64,000 nucleotides of DNA, taken from Prorocentrum cordatum. Lineage: Eukaryota. The translations under genes and the position numbers were made by a program. Where the stretch lies: assembly GCA_963575745.1 (NCBI GenBank), contig CAUYUJ010000037.1, positions 434,001 to 498,000 on the forward strand, read 5' to 3'. Below, piece after piece: positions 13,811-25,839 of the stretch. How positions within the stretch are numbered: the first letter of the stretch is position 1; every line of letters starts with the position of its first letter. The notes beneath the pieces are model-generated. The model saw only the letters and a list, made by a program, of their open reading frames with translations. It was not told where the DNA came from and did not search any database.

Positions 13811-16800
13811 ATGCAGATCGCCCCAGACGTGCAGGCGCGTGCGGTGACTATCTTTGCTGCTCTAGCAGGCTTTTTCTTTGTTTTTGGCGCGGCCGTGGTG
13901 CATGTTTTGTACTATTGGCCAGCGCTCGTCTTTTCGGAGACTCTGTCCGCCTGCTGGAGCATGTTTAATATATCTGTAACTAAAGCTGGGATCAGCACTG
14001 CGCTTACTCTAAATGCGCTCGTCACCACGATGATTTTCACCGTCGCCATCGCGCTCCCCTGCGCGGGTTAGATGCGCGTGGTTGGCGCGAATGCTGAACC
14101 CTGCAAAATGGAATTGCAGCAGATGCGAAGGGAGACTCAGGATGTCCACCGGCGTGCTCAGACAGCTTGGGAGAGTGCTGCTGCATCGCGCGAACGGGCC
14201 AATCTCGCGACGCTCCGCATGGGGCGGGAGGAAGACAATCGGAAGCTAGATGAGATCCTCTGTAAACAGGATGAACAGTTGAAGCAAGCAACCGAAGAAC
14301 GTGCGATGGCCAACCGCGCCTCCGCTGCTGCGGAGACTTACCATGACGCATGCGGTAACGACGCCGCCCATCTGCAGTCCAGAGGAAAGGGCCTTGGGAA
14401 AGAAGATCGTATGTGCCGCAACTTTGCGAGTTCAGGCTTCTGCTCTTACGGGGTAAACTGCAACTTCGCTCGCGGCGTCGTTCCCAACGCTCCCGCGAGG
14501 AAGCCTAGGAACTTCCTGATGCTGCTCGTCGCGCTCACTATGGGCATTGCATTGGGCGCAACGTACAAGCCCGAGTACCCTGTAACGGATGATGGAGCTG
14601 CGCCCGCCGCCATCCCCGCGGGGGGCGCGCTTCAGCCCGCTCCGCCCACCAAGCCGCCAGCAGTCCAGGACCAAGCATCGGGCGCAACATGCGAGTCCAA
14701 GGGTCCTGAAGCGGGCGATGGAGTTGCATCTGCCGCCATCTCCGCGGCCGGCGAGCTTCAGCCTGTCTCATTCACCACGTCTCAAACGAATCAGGACCAC
14801 ACCGGTTCCTCGATGGGGAGGTTTGGTGTATTTGTTGGACAGTCTTTTGATCGCAGTGACATGATTGGTATGTTGGCAGACCGCAGCGATGATCACATGT
14901 CTAAAGACGTCAAGTCTGTAACGACTAGCTTGTTAGTGGACCAGGATGACGATGGCGTTTCGAAGGATATTAAGTCACTTCGCCAGGTAATCAATAACCT
15001 CGACGCTTCTTTTACCTCAACACACTGCCGTGGAGTACGAATAGAGGTATCACTAGTTGCACTTTCTCGACCATCGATGAAGACAACAACCTCCTTCCGC
15101 CACCCGCGTGGAAAGATAACTTCATGAAACATGTCAACCAGAATGGCCAGGGGCCTCAGAAGCTTGACGAAGTCACACATTACGCCTCGACGCGTCTTGT
15201 GACTATCAGTGCCACCAGGACCAGGGGCGCACAGGTCGACGCTGGTGCGTTTAGGCTGCAAACCACCGACAGTTTCCACGCATTCTTCAGTCCTTTGGTC
15301 GTGAGACAGACGCAACCCAACCTGCTTGCCAAGGGGATGGGCGACTGGATCTCGGAAACTGGCAAGAGTCATCCTTGGCTGACACCAAAGACCGACGCCG
15401 ATTATGGCCAGGTATCCAAGGCATATGCGACTATCATGTCGGATTTCTGTGTTGAGATGGCTAACGCCACGACTGTCGCTCGCATTGTCGTCTGTGCGTT
15501 CACGAGAAAGTTAGTGGCGACAAGGATATTGTTTGACACATTATTCTCTTGCCTGAGACCGACTACTCACCTGTGTCTACGTCTCCACAGTTCGCCAAAG
15601 GATCTCATGGCCATAGCTGATCTTTTTGACGTTGTGGACTCTTCTGGGGATGATGTTGCCCGCCTTCGAACTCTAATTGGGCGGGCGATTGGAACGACAT
15701 ATCAGAATGTGAAAACGGTGCTTACCGCACTCGTGGAGAGACCGATCGCATTAATTCGATGATGTCATCTATGTTGGCTCACGAAACCAACGCCGCAGAC
15801 TTGAAGCAGATGATTGTGGATGAGCAGAGCAAGTACATGGCTGATCAAAAAGTTTCGAAGACTCAACTGGACTACATAGACGAGCGAGTAAGGACGCAGT
15901 TCCAGAACGTTGTGTCTGAGGTCAGCGACCTCAAGTCGCAGTTGACCTATTTGAATGCTTGGGCTCAGAGGCTTGCCAACGAGCATGCGCGCCACTCCAA
16001 ACCATTCACTGCTATACCCGGCAAGTCCGCACTGTGGCATCAACGTTCGGATGGCACATCGCAGGATTTTGAGAAATAGCGGCAGCTCACCAACCAACAT
16101 TCTGCGGACATCAACATTAGAATCGATCCGCTGGCATCTATGGTTCGGAGCCTCAACTTGCCTGTTTGTGAGTTTTGGCGAACGTACGATCGCTCCTGGT
16201 ACTCAGTGAACGACAAGAAGGTTTTTCCTGTGCCTTGGGGGGTCGCCGTTCCAGACGCCTACGATGAGGCAGCCGCCTTGTTGAAGCGACCTCGCTGCAT
16301 CGATGCCAGGCTCCGCAGCTCCATTGAGGTTTTCATCGCATGGGATCAACGTAAGTACATCTTGATTGGACGGAAGGCCCCTAATGTTTTGTTCAACAGC
16401 CCCCCAGTCCGGGGCCCGTCGGGAGGAAGGGTGGATCCATGCAGAGATGCATTTTACAGGGCCTGTAATCCACAATGACTGCACTCCTTTGGCATCTATC
16501 GTGACGACTAACGTGGACCACAATATCGCGCTCCTCACGTTTCTCCTTATAGTTTTGGCTGTGCACGCTCGCGCCTGTCACAGCTCACGCGGGCCGCTTA
16601 CCAGAGCATCACGCATTGTCCTCTTCTTCTTGACCTTTACGTTTATGGTTGAAGTTGCGACGTCAGAAACAGACGAAGCTATTGCCGAAGCTCTTGTGGA
16701 TTATGCCGTGCGCGTGCGTTCCGTTAGCACTCACTTCATGGGCCGCGGCTGCAAGTGGAAGACGCTGCGTGCGCAGAAAGCCGAGCTCGCCATTGTGAAA

Positions 16801-19800
16801 GAGTTGGAGCCCTTTTTTTTCCATGGCGAAGGACCGCTGCACGACTGCTTCCTCTGCCGACACGTCACTCGACTCTGTGCCAACAATCGGCGGCGCGACG
16901 CCAGAGCGTGGCCCACCTCGTGGCTCAGATCACGGACAGCAGCTGGTTTCCTTGCTGCCACGCACCCAAGATCTCATGATCATGTGCGGCTCGCCTATAC
17001 CGGCTGTCTACGGGCAGTTTTGCGAAGTCAAAGTGGCAGTCAAACGCATCCGCAGGGAGCTCAACTTCACTAGCAAATGTGGTACTTCTTTCTCAATTGA
17101 TGACGGCCATGTGGACAAGTGGTCTTCTATGGGATCTATATTTGCACCACCTATTGCATTCTCCCCACCGCTGACTCGCGAGCCGCCAACGCCTCGTTCA
17201 TCTGATATTTCCGACGATGATCATTGCGAGGCCAATTCTTTTTGACATGTCATGAGGGAAATATCAACAGGCTGCTGTCGGTATGAAGCGCGTCTACGTC
17301 GAAGCGACAGTGGGGAAAGAAATGACAGCCAGACTTCACGGAATGAAAGTCGTCATTGCCCAGGTTATGTTCAAAGACGTTGTCTTTCCTTTTCAAGCAC
17401 GCACTGGCTCTATTTCGGTTGCGTCTACAAGCGAGCAGTCCTGTACAAGCACTTCTCTGAAGTACCGCAAACCGCAGACGATTGCGAACGCCGAGGCCTA
17501 CTGCTTTCATTTGAAGGCCTCTAACTATAATAGCGGAACTATCAGTGAACCGTATAGGGTCCTGACGCACCTTCAGGTCGGTGATTGGATTATCCCAAGC
17601 GCGCACGTTCGCCATTATCCCGCAAGTATGATATCTGATGGCCATTGCAAGATGGAGTCAGCATCTGAGTGTATCGGCGCTTGTTTTGACGCTCCCCATA
17701 TCATGTGGCTCAGCACCAGGAATGAGGACGCCAACGCCTACGCTCGTCAAATCACACATGCACCTGTGACTATGCACGCTCCTGTGATTTCCTGTCAGCC
17801 CGCATCATCTTCAGGAGTCTTCTCGCGCTCGCGGCATAGTGGACTTTGGTCTTTCTGACGACACTTGCATTGAAATGACGAGGATAGGCGCTGGCGAAAA
17901 TATTATTTTCACGACGGGGGCTAAAATTGAGTTTGAGGCGAAGAAGTCGAAGAGGATGAATAACCAGATTGCTCTCGCCTTCGGTGACCCTTGTGGTAAC
18001 AAAAAGGTGGATTGCATTAGCGACGATTCGAAGCTAGCGATGGCCCGACCTTCTTTGTTCATCCCAGGCCCTCATCTGCACCTGCTTGGAAGCCTGATGC
18101 AGTTTACGGACGTAAATTGTTCGGGCCAGGGCTACTGCGTCAAGACTCCCGGCCAAGACACGGAATGCGCACTTCACGTCCTGCGTCAGATTGGTATCAA
18201 GCCCAGGTGCGCAGCGCCGGCCGAGGGTCTCAACGCTGTTTGCGTGGACCATGTTGGGCCCGCCGGCACCTGCGCCATACCAACGGATGAGCTGGCCGAC
18301 GATTTTTCTGTCGCAGAATCAGTCATTAACAGGCGCGTCCGCACCTCATTCGGGAGTACTACGACTGGTGAAATGCCCACGACAGAAGGGGAAGTTGCCA
18401 TCCCCGCGTGGTCAGCAATCGCGATTTCGATGTTCCTTTCATGTGCCTCAAGCCTGATACTTCCTCAGCGTCGTGATTTGGCCGAGGACTTGAAGGGCGC
18501 CGTACACATACTTTCAGTAGTGATCTTTGCAATGATGCCTTTTCTACTTCGTCGGAGTCGCAACAATGTTTTGGGCGACGCCTTATTATTTAGGTTGTTT
18601 GATTTGCAGCCATGACACCAGTAACTTAGCTTGCAGGCTTTCCACGGTACCACTTGCCTTGACTACAACGTTTTGCCCGTGGCCTGCCACATGGTGCATT
18701 ATTATCGTAGTGGGTTCCTGTTGTTACTTTTACCCTGGTGTAATGGGCTCCTCTCAGGCAGTCATTGATTCCTTAGCTCATGGGGCGCTCATGGGCAAGG
18801 GTGCGGGCCCTTACCTCTGGGCCCTCGCCATTGATTATATGCCGGCCGATGCGCGCTGGTGGCGTTCGATAGCCGCCGCCTGCACGATGGGACCCCGGAC
18901 ATTCATTGGCTTTTTGTACACCACATACGCGCTTGAACTAGGTTCGGGCGAGGCGTCATGTGCTGTCGACGCCGTCGCCTCTATCATTCCTCCACGCCGC
19001 TACCAGCTACCATTCGGGCCGCCCTTCAACGAGTTCGATGCAGGAGTGACAATAGGGGCCTTCGCCATGGCGTCGTCACCAGCCATTTTCATGATTTGCG
19101 TGGTGGATGGGGTCAGCAATTTGATTGAGATCTTTTCTTTCTTCCACATATGCAATTATTTCCTGCTTTCTCAGACTGGCTCCACTGTCGTTTCGACCCA
19201 AGTCTCTAGGTCCGTGGAAGTGGCCATCACTACGTTCACCACGTTCTCCGTGACCAATGACGAACTTTGCATCGCCATGGCCGTCATTTACGCCACGCTG
19301 CCATTAATCAACACAGGAAGAGCAAGGCCTCATTCGCTCGCCGAGAAGCGCGCGCAGAGGGCGCTGCCCACTTTGGCTGCCCTTGAGGAGAGGCGTAACC
19401 GAGCCAATCGTCCAATCACCATTGACCCACAGCCTATGCATTACCAGGTTCTGGAGAGGATCGCCAATACCATTGATGTCTGCACCACGCCCGTCGAGGA
19501 GACGCTGGCTGCCCACGCTGCACCGACTTCCCTCGATGCGACTCAGGAGAACATGGCGACTTCACTCCCAGACATGCCCGAGGAGGCCATCACCGATGAT
19601 TCAGTCGTCCCTGAACTCGCGGAGTGGAACGCCGACGCACCTGTCGGCGCTGTCGATGCGCAGTCAACGATCAATGACTGCGTGGCCGCGACCCGCGTTA
19701 TTTCAGGGGCACCTAACACGTTCGCGGCTGACACGCTCATCAGCGCGGACTTTGAGACCGGGCGCAAGACCTTCTCGGCACATGTCTTGGTGAGCGATAT

Positions 19801-20311
19801 CACCAAAGAGACTCCAGAGTCATTGAAGAGGCAGTATATCATTGTATGCTCGACGAGGAAAGGCGCGAAGGTGGCCAAGGAGACGGCCATATTCAGCGCG
19901 ACGAGCGTCACTCGCGTCACCATCCCGAACATTGCGCAGCTCATCGATTACCTCATCACCGGCACGCTCAGCGCATCCGCAGCTCTCCAGGCGACGGCGC
20001 TTCCTTCTGTCTCGGACGACACGAAGGCGCAGCACCAGGTCGCGACAATGGCCTTCATCGAACACAGGATGGTCGCCTCAAGTAACGGCGTCACGCCCGC
20101 CGTCACGGCGTGTCTTACTGGCGCGCCCACAACAGACACCACCACCCCAGCCTATACCTTGGATACGATTACAGCCAAGGGCATGAGCAACGGCTCAGTC
20201 CTGAAAGTGCATGGGTACTCCGAGGGCTCGGTGGAGAAGCGTGCGTACGCGCGCGTCGCCGTCCTTTACGGCAAAGTGGGGTCCAAGCCCTACTTGATTG
20301 CCCTGCAGTAG
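13811..20311 (+). pseudogene. Decayed ~2,100-aa multi-membrane polyprotein: TM, coiled coil, CCCH-like Zn finger, signal peptide, helical ectodomain, TM/signal, Cys-rich ectodomain, multi-pass TM region, soluble C-terminal domain
   Basis: Abutting + strand ORFs (13811-14071, 14072-15127, 15124-15762, 15759-16079, 16140-16478, 16366-17073, 16823-17245, 17283-17858, 17839-18615, 18566-20311). Stops at 14069, 16077 and 17243 are followed by same-frame coding sequence. CRNFASSGFCSYGVNCNFAR lies at 14414-14473. Confidence 0.65.
18566..20311 (+). CDS. Longest open segment of the insert (581 codons): hydrophobic multi-pass region plus soluble C-terminal domain of unknown function
   Basis: Uninterrupted non-repetitive ORF with several hydrophobic stretches (e.g. 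WCIIIVVGSCCYFY, IFMICVV, LCIAMAVIYATLPLI). Confidence 0.55.
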   Translation: MFWATPYYLGCLICSHDTSNLACRLSTVPLALTTTFCPWPATWCIIIVVGSCCYFYPGVMGSSQAVIDSLAHGALMGKGAGPYLWALAIDYMPADARWWRSIAAACTMGPRTFIGFLYTTYALELGSGEASCAVDAVASIIPPRRYQLPFGPPFNEFDAGVTIGAFAMASSPAIFMICVVDGVSNLIEIFSFFHICNYFLLSQTGSTVVSTQVSRSVEVAITTFTTFSVTNDELCIAMAVIYATLPLINTGRARPHSLAEKRAQRALPTLAALEERRNRANRPITIDPQPMHYQVLERIANTIDVCTTPVEETLAAHAAPTSLDATQENMATSLPDMPEEAITDDSVVPELAEWNADAPVGAVDAQSTINDCVAATRVISGAPNTFAADTLISADFETGRKTFSAHVLVSDITKETPESLKRQYIIVCSTRKGAKVAKETAIFSATSVTRVTIPNIAQLIDYLITGTLSASAALQATALPSVSDDTKAQHQVATMAFIEHRMVASSNGVTPAVTACLTGAPTTDTTTPAYTLDTITAKGMSNGSVLKVHGYSEGSVEKRAYARVAVLYGKVGSKPYLIALQ

Positions 20312-20750
20312 CTGCCGCGGGATTTTCCCGCTCGATGCTGCTGCGTTTTTTTCCTACCGCCTCGTCACGCGGCAGTCGCTGTTTCCGTGGCCTTTGCCGG
20401 CTCGAGCTAACGACGTCACGAGCCCTGCTCGTCTCTCTTTCGCTCTCGGAGCGGTCAGGCTATGCCTGATAATTCGCATGTCCTATTTCACTGTGCACCA
20501 CCGCGCCCCAGGGCGCACCCGCTTGTGATCTTTCCTTGACAATGCGCAACGCGTTGCTGCTTCAGACAAACTGATGCAATTTAAGCTGGGCATCCGCTAT
20601 GATCTCGACAGCGCTTCCGTGCGGCTCTAGCTCCTGCTTCCACACCGAAACGCACTGCAGAAGACGCCTGCCACTGCCTCGTCATCCCGCGTACCCTGAC
20701 GCCTGTCAGAATGCTGCCCGCCATGCATACTTGGACTAACGTCAAAAACA

Positions 20751-21428
20751 ACGAAACATATACGAAGCAGGTACGACACGTATACGAAACGTATACGACA
20801 CGTATACGAAACGCGTACGAAACACATACGAAACATATACGACACGCATACGAAACAGATACGACACATGCGCGAAACATACACGAACGATACACGAAAC
20901 ATATGCGAGACACATACGAAACGTATACGACATATATACGAACTGTATACGAAACATGTACGACACATCGACGAAACCTTTCCGTACCGTATACGAAGCA
21001 ACTACGAAGTATATACGAAACATATACGAAACATATACGAAACAATTCCGACCCACAGACGAAACATATGCGAAACAGATACGAACCATATACGAACCAC
21101 ATTCGAAACATATACAAAACATACACGATACATCTACGAATCATATACGAACCACATGCGAAGCATTTACGCCACATATGCGAAACATATACGAACCACA
21201 TGCGAAACATATAAGAAACATATAGGACCCAAATACGAGTATACGAAACATATACGAAACATGCACGAAACGTACACGAAACATATACGAAACAACCACG
21301 AAACATACACGACACGTATACGAAACATATACGAAACATACACGAAACGTATAAGACACATTAACGAAACATATACGAAACATGCACGAAACGTATACGA
21401 CCTATATACGAAACATATACGAAACGCG
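20751..21428. repeat. Degenerate TACGAAACATA minisatellite, right block (same orientation as left block)
   Basis: Same unit and strand as 12558-13733. Confidence 0.95.
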
Positions 21429-21516
21429 CACGGCGCGACCGCGGCACAGAATCCCCACCACACTCCCTACACTCCTTACACCAGATTAAATTGGGCAAAC
21501 AGAACGAGGTCAGCCC

Positions 21517-21549
<33 letters not shown>

Positions 21550-22239
21550 CAGCAGTAGTAGTAGTAGTAGTGGTAGTAGTAGTAGTAGCAGTAGTAGTAG
21601 TAGTAGTAGTAGTGGTAGTAGTAGTAGTAGGAGTCGTAGTCGTAGTCGTAGTAGGAGTAGTAGTAGAGTATCGTACTTGCAGCTGTAGTAGGAGTTGTCG
21701 TAGTAGTAGTAGCAATCGTAGCAGCAGAAGTAGAAGTACAAGTATAAGTGGAAGTAGTAATCACAGTGGTAGTAGAAGTAGTACGAGTAACCGTAATAGT
21801 AGTAGTAGTAGTAGTAGCAGTAGTAGTCGTAGTAGCAGCAGTAGTACGAGTGGTAGTCGTAATCGTTGTCGTTGTCGTAATCGCAGCCGCTGTAGTAGTG
21901 ATAGCAGCAGGACTGGAAGTCGCAGTAGTAGTAGTAGTCGTAGTTGTAGTAGTAGTAGTGGTAGTAGTAGTAGTAGTAATAGTAGCAGTAGCATTAGTAG
22001 TAGTAGCCGTAGTACTCGTAGTACTCGTAGTAGTAGTGGTAGTAGCAGCAGCCGCAGCAATAGTAGCAGCCGTAGTCGTAGCAGCGGTAGGAAGAGTGCG
22101 AGCATACATATTATCCGTATAATTGACAGTCGTAGTTGTAGGGATAATCGTAGTAGTTATGGTCGTAGTTACAGAAATCGCTGTAGTCGCCGTAGTAGTA
22201 ATAGTAGTCGTAGTAGTAGTAGTAGTAGTGGTGGTAGCT

Positions 22240-22282
<43 letters not shown>

Positions 22283-22502
22283 GAGTAGTAGTAGTAGTAA
22301 TAGTAGTAACAGTGGTAGTAGAAGTAGTAGTCGTGGTCGTAGTAGCAGTAGTAGTAGTAGTAGTGTTCGGTAGTCGTGGTAGTAGTCCAATATTTGTATG
22401 CGTAGCAGTAGCAATAGTAGTAGTCGTGGTCGTAGTAGCCGTAGTGGTCGTCTTAGTTCTAGTAGAAGTGGTAGTCGCAGTAGTAGTAGTAGTAGTAGTA
22501 GC

Positions 22503-22534
<32 letters not shown>

Positions 22535-22568
22535 TAGTGGTAGTAGTAGTAGTGGGTGTAGTAGTAGC

Positions 22569-22612
<44 letters not shown>

Positions 22613-22626
22613 TAGTAGTAGTAGTC

Positions 22627-22659
<33 letters not shown>

Positions 22660-22791
22660 CGAGTACGAGTAGCCGTAGTAGTAGTCGTTCCAGCAGTTGT
22701 AGCAGAGGTAGTCGCAGGAGTCGTAGTAGCAGGACTAGTAGTCGCTGCAGTCGCAGTATTCGGGGGAGCAGCAGGACTAGTAGTAGCAGTG

Positions 22792-22839
<48 letters not shown>

Positions 22840-23392
22840 ATAGTAGTAGTAGTAGTAGTAGTACCGCCCCCCCCCCCTTTGATTTGACCCCGATACTCCC
22901 TTCTTGGGGGACTCCCCCCCCCTCTGCCCCTCCCTCCCTGAGGAGTCCAATCATTCGCTTCATGGGGGGAGGCCGCGGCCCCATGAAGCGAATCCCGCAT
23001 GCTCGGGGGGCGAAAGTCCAAAAACACAGGAAACACAACAAAAAAAAAAAAACAAAAAAAACAATCCTGGCGACCTTTTCGCCCTCCCCACCCCCTCCGA
23101 GGAATTCCTCAGGATTGTTTTTTTTTTTTTTTTTTTGTTTGATTTTTCGGCCCTCCACCCTTCCCCCTGGGGAGCGGGCGGCCCCAGGAGCCCCCAAGAG
23201 GACCGTGGGAGGCACCAGAGAGCCCCCAGAGAGGCATGATGAGAGGTTGTAGTAGCAGTCGTAGATATTGTAAGAGTACTAGCACCACTGATAGTCGCAG
23301 TGGTAGAATTACTAGCCGTAGTAGTAGTCGTAGTTGTGGTCGTAAGCAATGATAAACGTGGCGATCGTAATAGTAGTCGTAGTACTTTAGAC

Positions 23393-23464
<72 letters not shown>

Positions 23465-23650
23465 CCGCCCCCCCCCCCCCCCCTTTGATTTGACCCCGAT
23501 ACCCCCTTCCTGGGGGACTTCCCCCCCCTCTGCCCCTCCCTCCCTGAGGAGTCCAATCATTCGCTTCATGGGGGGAGGCCGCGGCCCCATGAAGCGAATC
23601 CCGCATGCTCGGGGGGCGAAAGTCCAAAAACACAGGAAAAACCAAAAAAA

Positions 23651-23689
<39 letters not shown>

Positions 23690-24047
23690 AATCCTGGCGA
23701 ACTTTTCGCCCTCCCCACCCCCTTCCGAGGAATTCCTCAGGATTGTTTTTTTTTGTTTTGTTTGTTTTTTTTTTTGTTTTTCCTTGTGTTTTTTTGGTTT
23801 TTCGGCCCTCCACCCTTCCCCCTGGGGAGCGGGCGGCCCCAGGAGCCCCCAAGAGGACCATGGGAGGCACCAGAGAGCCCCCAGAGAGGCATGATGAGCG
23901 GTTGTAGTAGCAGTCGTAGATATTGTAAGAGTACTAGTACCACTGGTAGTCGCAGTGGTAGAATTACGAGCCGTAGTAGTAGTCGTAGTTGTGGTCGTAA
24001 GCAATGATAAGCGTAGCGATCGTAATAGTAGTCGTGGTACTTTAGAC

Positions 24048-24095
<48 letters not shown>

Positions 24096-24319
24096 GTAGT
24101 AGTAGTAGTAGTAATAATGGTAGTAGTAGTAGTAGTATCAGCCGTAGTAATAAAACCGTAGTAGTAGTTGCAGTAGTAGTAGCACTAGTAGTAGTAGTAG
24201 TAGTAGTAGTGGTAGTAGTAGTAGTAGTAGTGGTAGTAGTAGTAGTAGTAGTAGTAGTAATAGTCATGGCAGTAGTAGTAGCAGTCGTAGCCGTAGTAGT
24301 AGTACTAGTTGCGCGACTG

Positions 24320-24368
<49 letters not shown>

Positions 24369-24395
24369 TAGTAGCAGTAGTAGTAGTAGTAGTAA

Positions 24396-24427
<32 letters not shown>

Positions 24428-24975
24428 GTAGTAGTAGTACTAGTAGTAGTAATGGTCGTAGTAGTAGTAGTAGTAGTAGCAGTAGTAGTAGTAGTAAAAA
24501 AGAAGTAGTAGTAGTAGTAGTAGTAGTAGTTACCGTAGTCGTATTAGTCGCGGTATTACTAACAGTAGTAGTAGTAGTAGTAGTAGTAGCAGTAGTAGTA
24601 GTAGTAGTAGTAGTAGCCGTAGTAGTAGTAGCAGTCGTCGTAGTAGTAGTAGTAGTAGTGGTAGCAGGAGTAGTCGGAGTGGAAGTAGCAATGGTAGTAA
24701 CAGTAGTAGTAGTAGTAGCAGCAGCAGTTGTAGTAGTAGCAATAGTAGTAGTAGTAGTAGCCATGGTAGTAGTAGCCGTAGTAGTGGTAGGAGTAGTTGT
24801 AAGAAAATAGGAGCAGCCGCTAAATAATAGTAGCAATCATGATAGTAATATAATAGTAGCAGTAGTCGCATTACTGAGAAAAATAGCATGAGTAGTAGTT
24901 GCAGTAGTAGTCGTAGTAGTAGTCGTAGCAGGAGTCGTAGTGGCAGTAATAGTAGTAATAATAGTAGCAGTACTC

Positions 24976-25015
<40 letters not shown>

Positions 25016-25350
25016 GAGTAGTAGTACTAGTACTAGTAGTAGTAATAGTAGTATTAGTGGTAGTAGTAGTAGTAGTAGTAGTAGTAGTACTGAGAAAGGT
25101 AGTAGTGCCTGCCGAAGTAGTAGTAATAGTAGTAGTAGTAGTACTACTACTACTACTACTACTAGTGGTAGTCGTAGTAATAGTAGTGGTCATAGTAATA
25201 ATGAAAGCGGCCGTAGTCGTAGTAGTAGTCGTAGTAGTAGTAGTAGTAGTAGGAGTAGCAGCAAGGTTATTCTGAATAGAAGTAGTAGTAGCAATAGCAG
25301 TAGCCGTAGGAGTTTTATTCGTATTAGTAGTAGTAATAGAAGTAGTAGTT

Positions 25351-25416
<66 letters not shown>

Positions 25417-25518
25417 ATGGTAGTGGTCGCATTAGACATTGTAGTCGTAGTCGTAGTAGTCGTAGTAGTAGTAGTAGTAGTCGTCGTCGTAGTAGTAGTA
25501 GTAGTAGTAGTCGTAGTG

Positions 25519-25551
<33 letters not shown>

Positions 25552-25552
25552 A

Positions 25553-25587
<35 letters not shown>

Positions 25588-25805
25588 AGGTAGTAGTAGT
25601 AGTAGTGGTGGTGGTAGTAATATCAGTATCAGTACTAGTCGGAGTGATACTAGTAGGAGTACTACTAGTAATAGTAATACTAACAGTAGTAGTCGTAGTA
25701 CGCCCCCCCCCCCTTTTGATTTGACCCCGATACGCCCCCTCCCCGGCGTCGCTGCGAGGGAGGCGGCGTTCGTTTTCGCGGGGCTCATGCGAGGCGGGTA
25801 TGTGG

Positions 25806-25839
<34 letters not shown>

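Larger units (their letters stand above)
13734..20750 (+). mobile_element. 7-kb intronless insert; candidate retro-integrated endogenous viral element (structural/envelope polyprotein segment)
   Basis: Complex, coding-dense, single-strand sequence that splits one minisatellite. ACGAAACATATACGAA flanks it at 13718-13733 and 20751-20766, and the 3' end is CAAAAACA. The viral assignment is inferred from protein architecture only. Confidence 0.55.
12265..21516. mobile_element. TIR-bounded non-autonomous DNA element inserted in (GTA)n, containing minisatellites and a 7-kb nested insert
   Basis: 12263-12290 TAGGGTTGACCTCCGTCTGTTTGCCCAA is the reverse complement of 21491-21518 TTGGGCAAACAGAACGAGGTCAGCCCTA at 25/28 positions. 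Removing the element and one TA restores the GTA phase. No transposase was seen. Confidence 0.75.

Noticed and set aside
13734..20750. Interpretation as a bacterial operon, Polinton or LTR retrotransposon
   Set aside because: No ribosome-binding pattern, protein-primed polymerase, packaging ATPase, RT, integrase or LTRs were recognised; in-frame stops and frameshifts fit one decayed ORF better.
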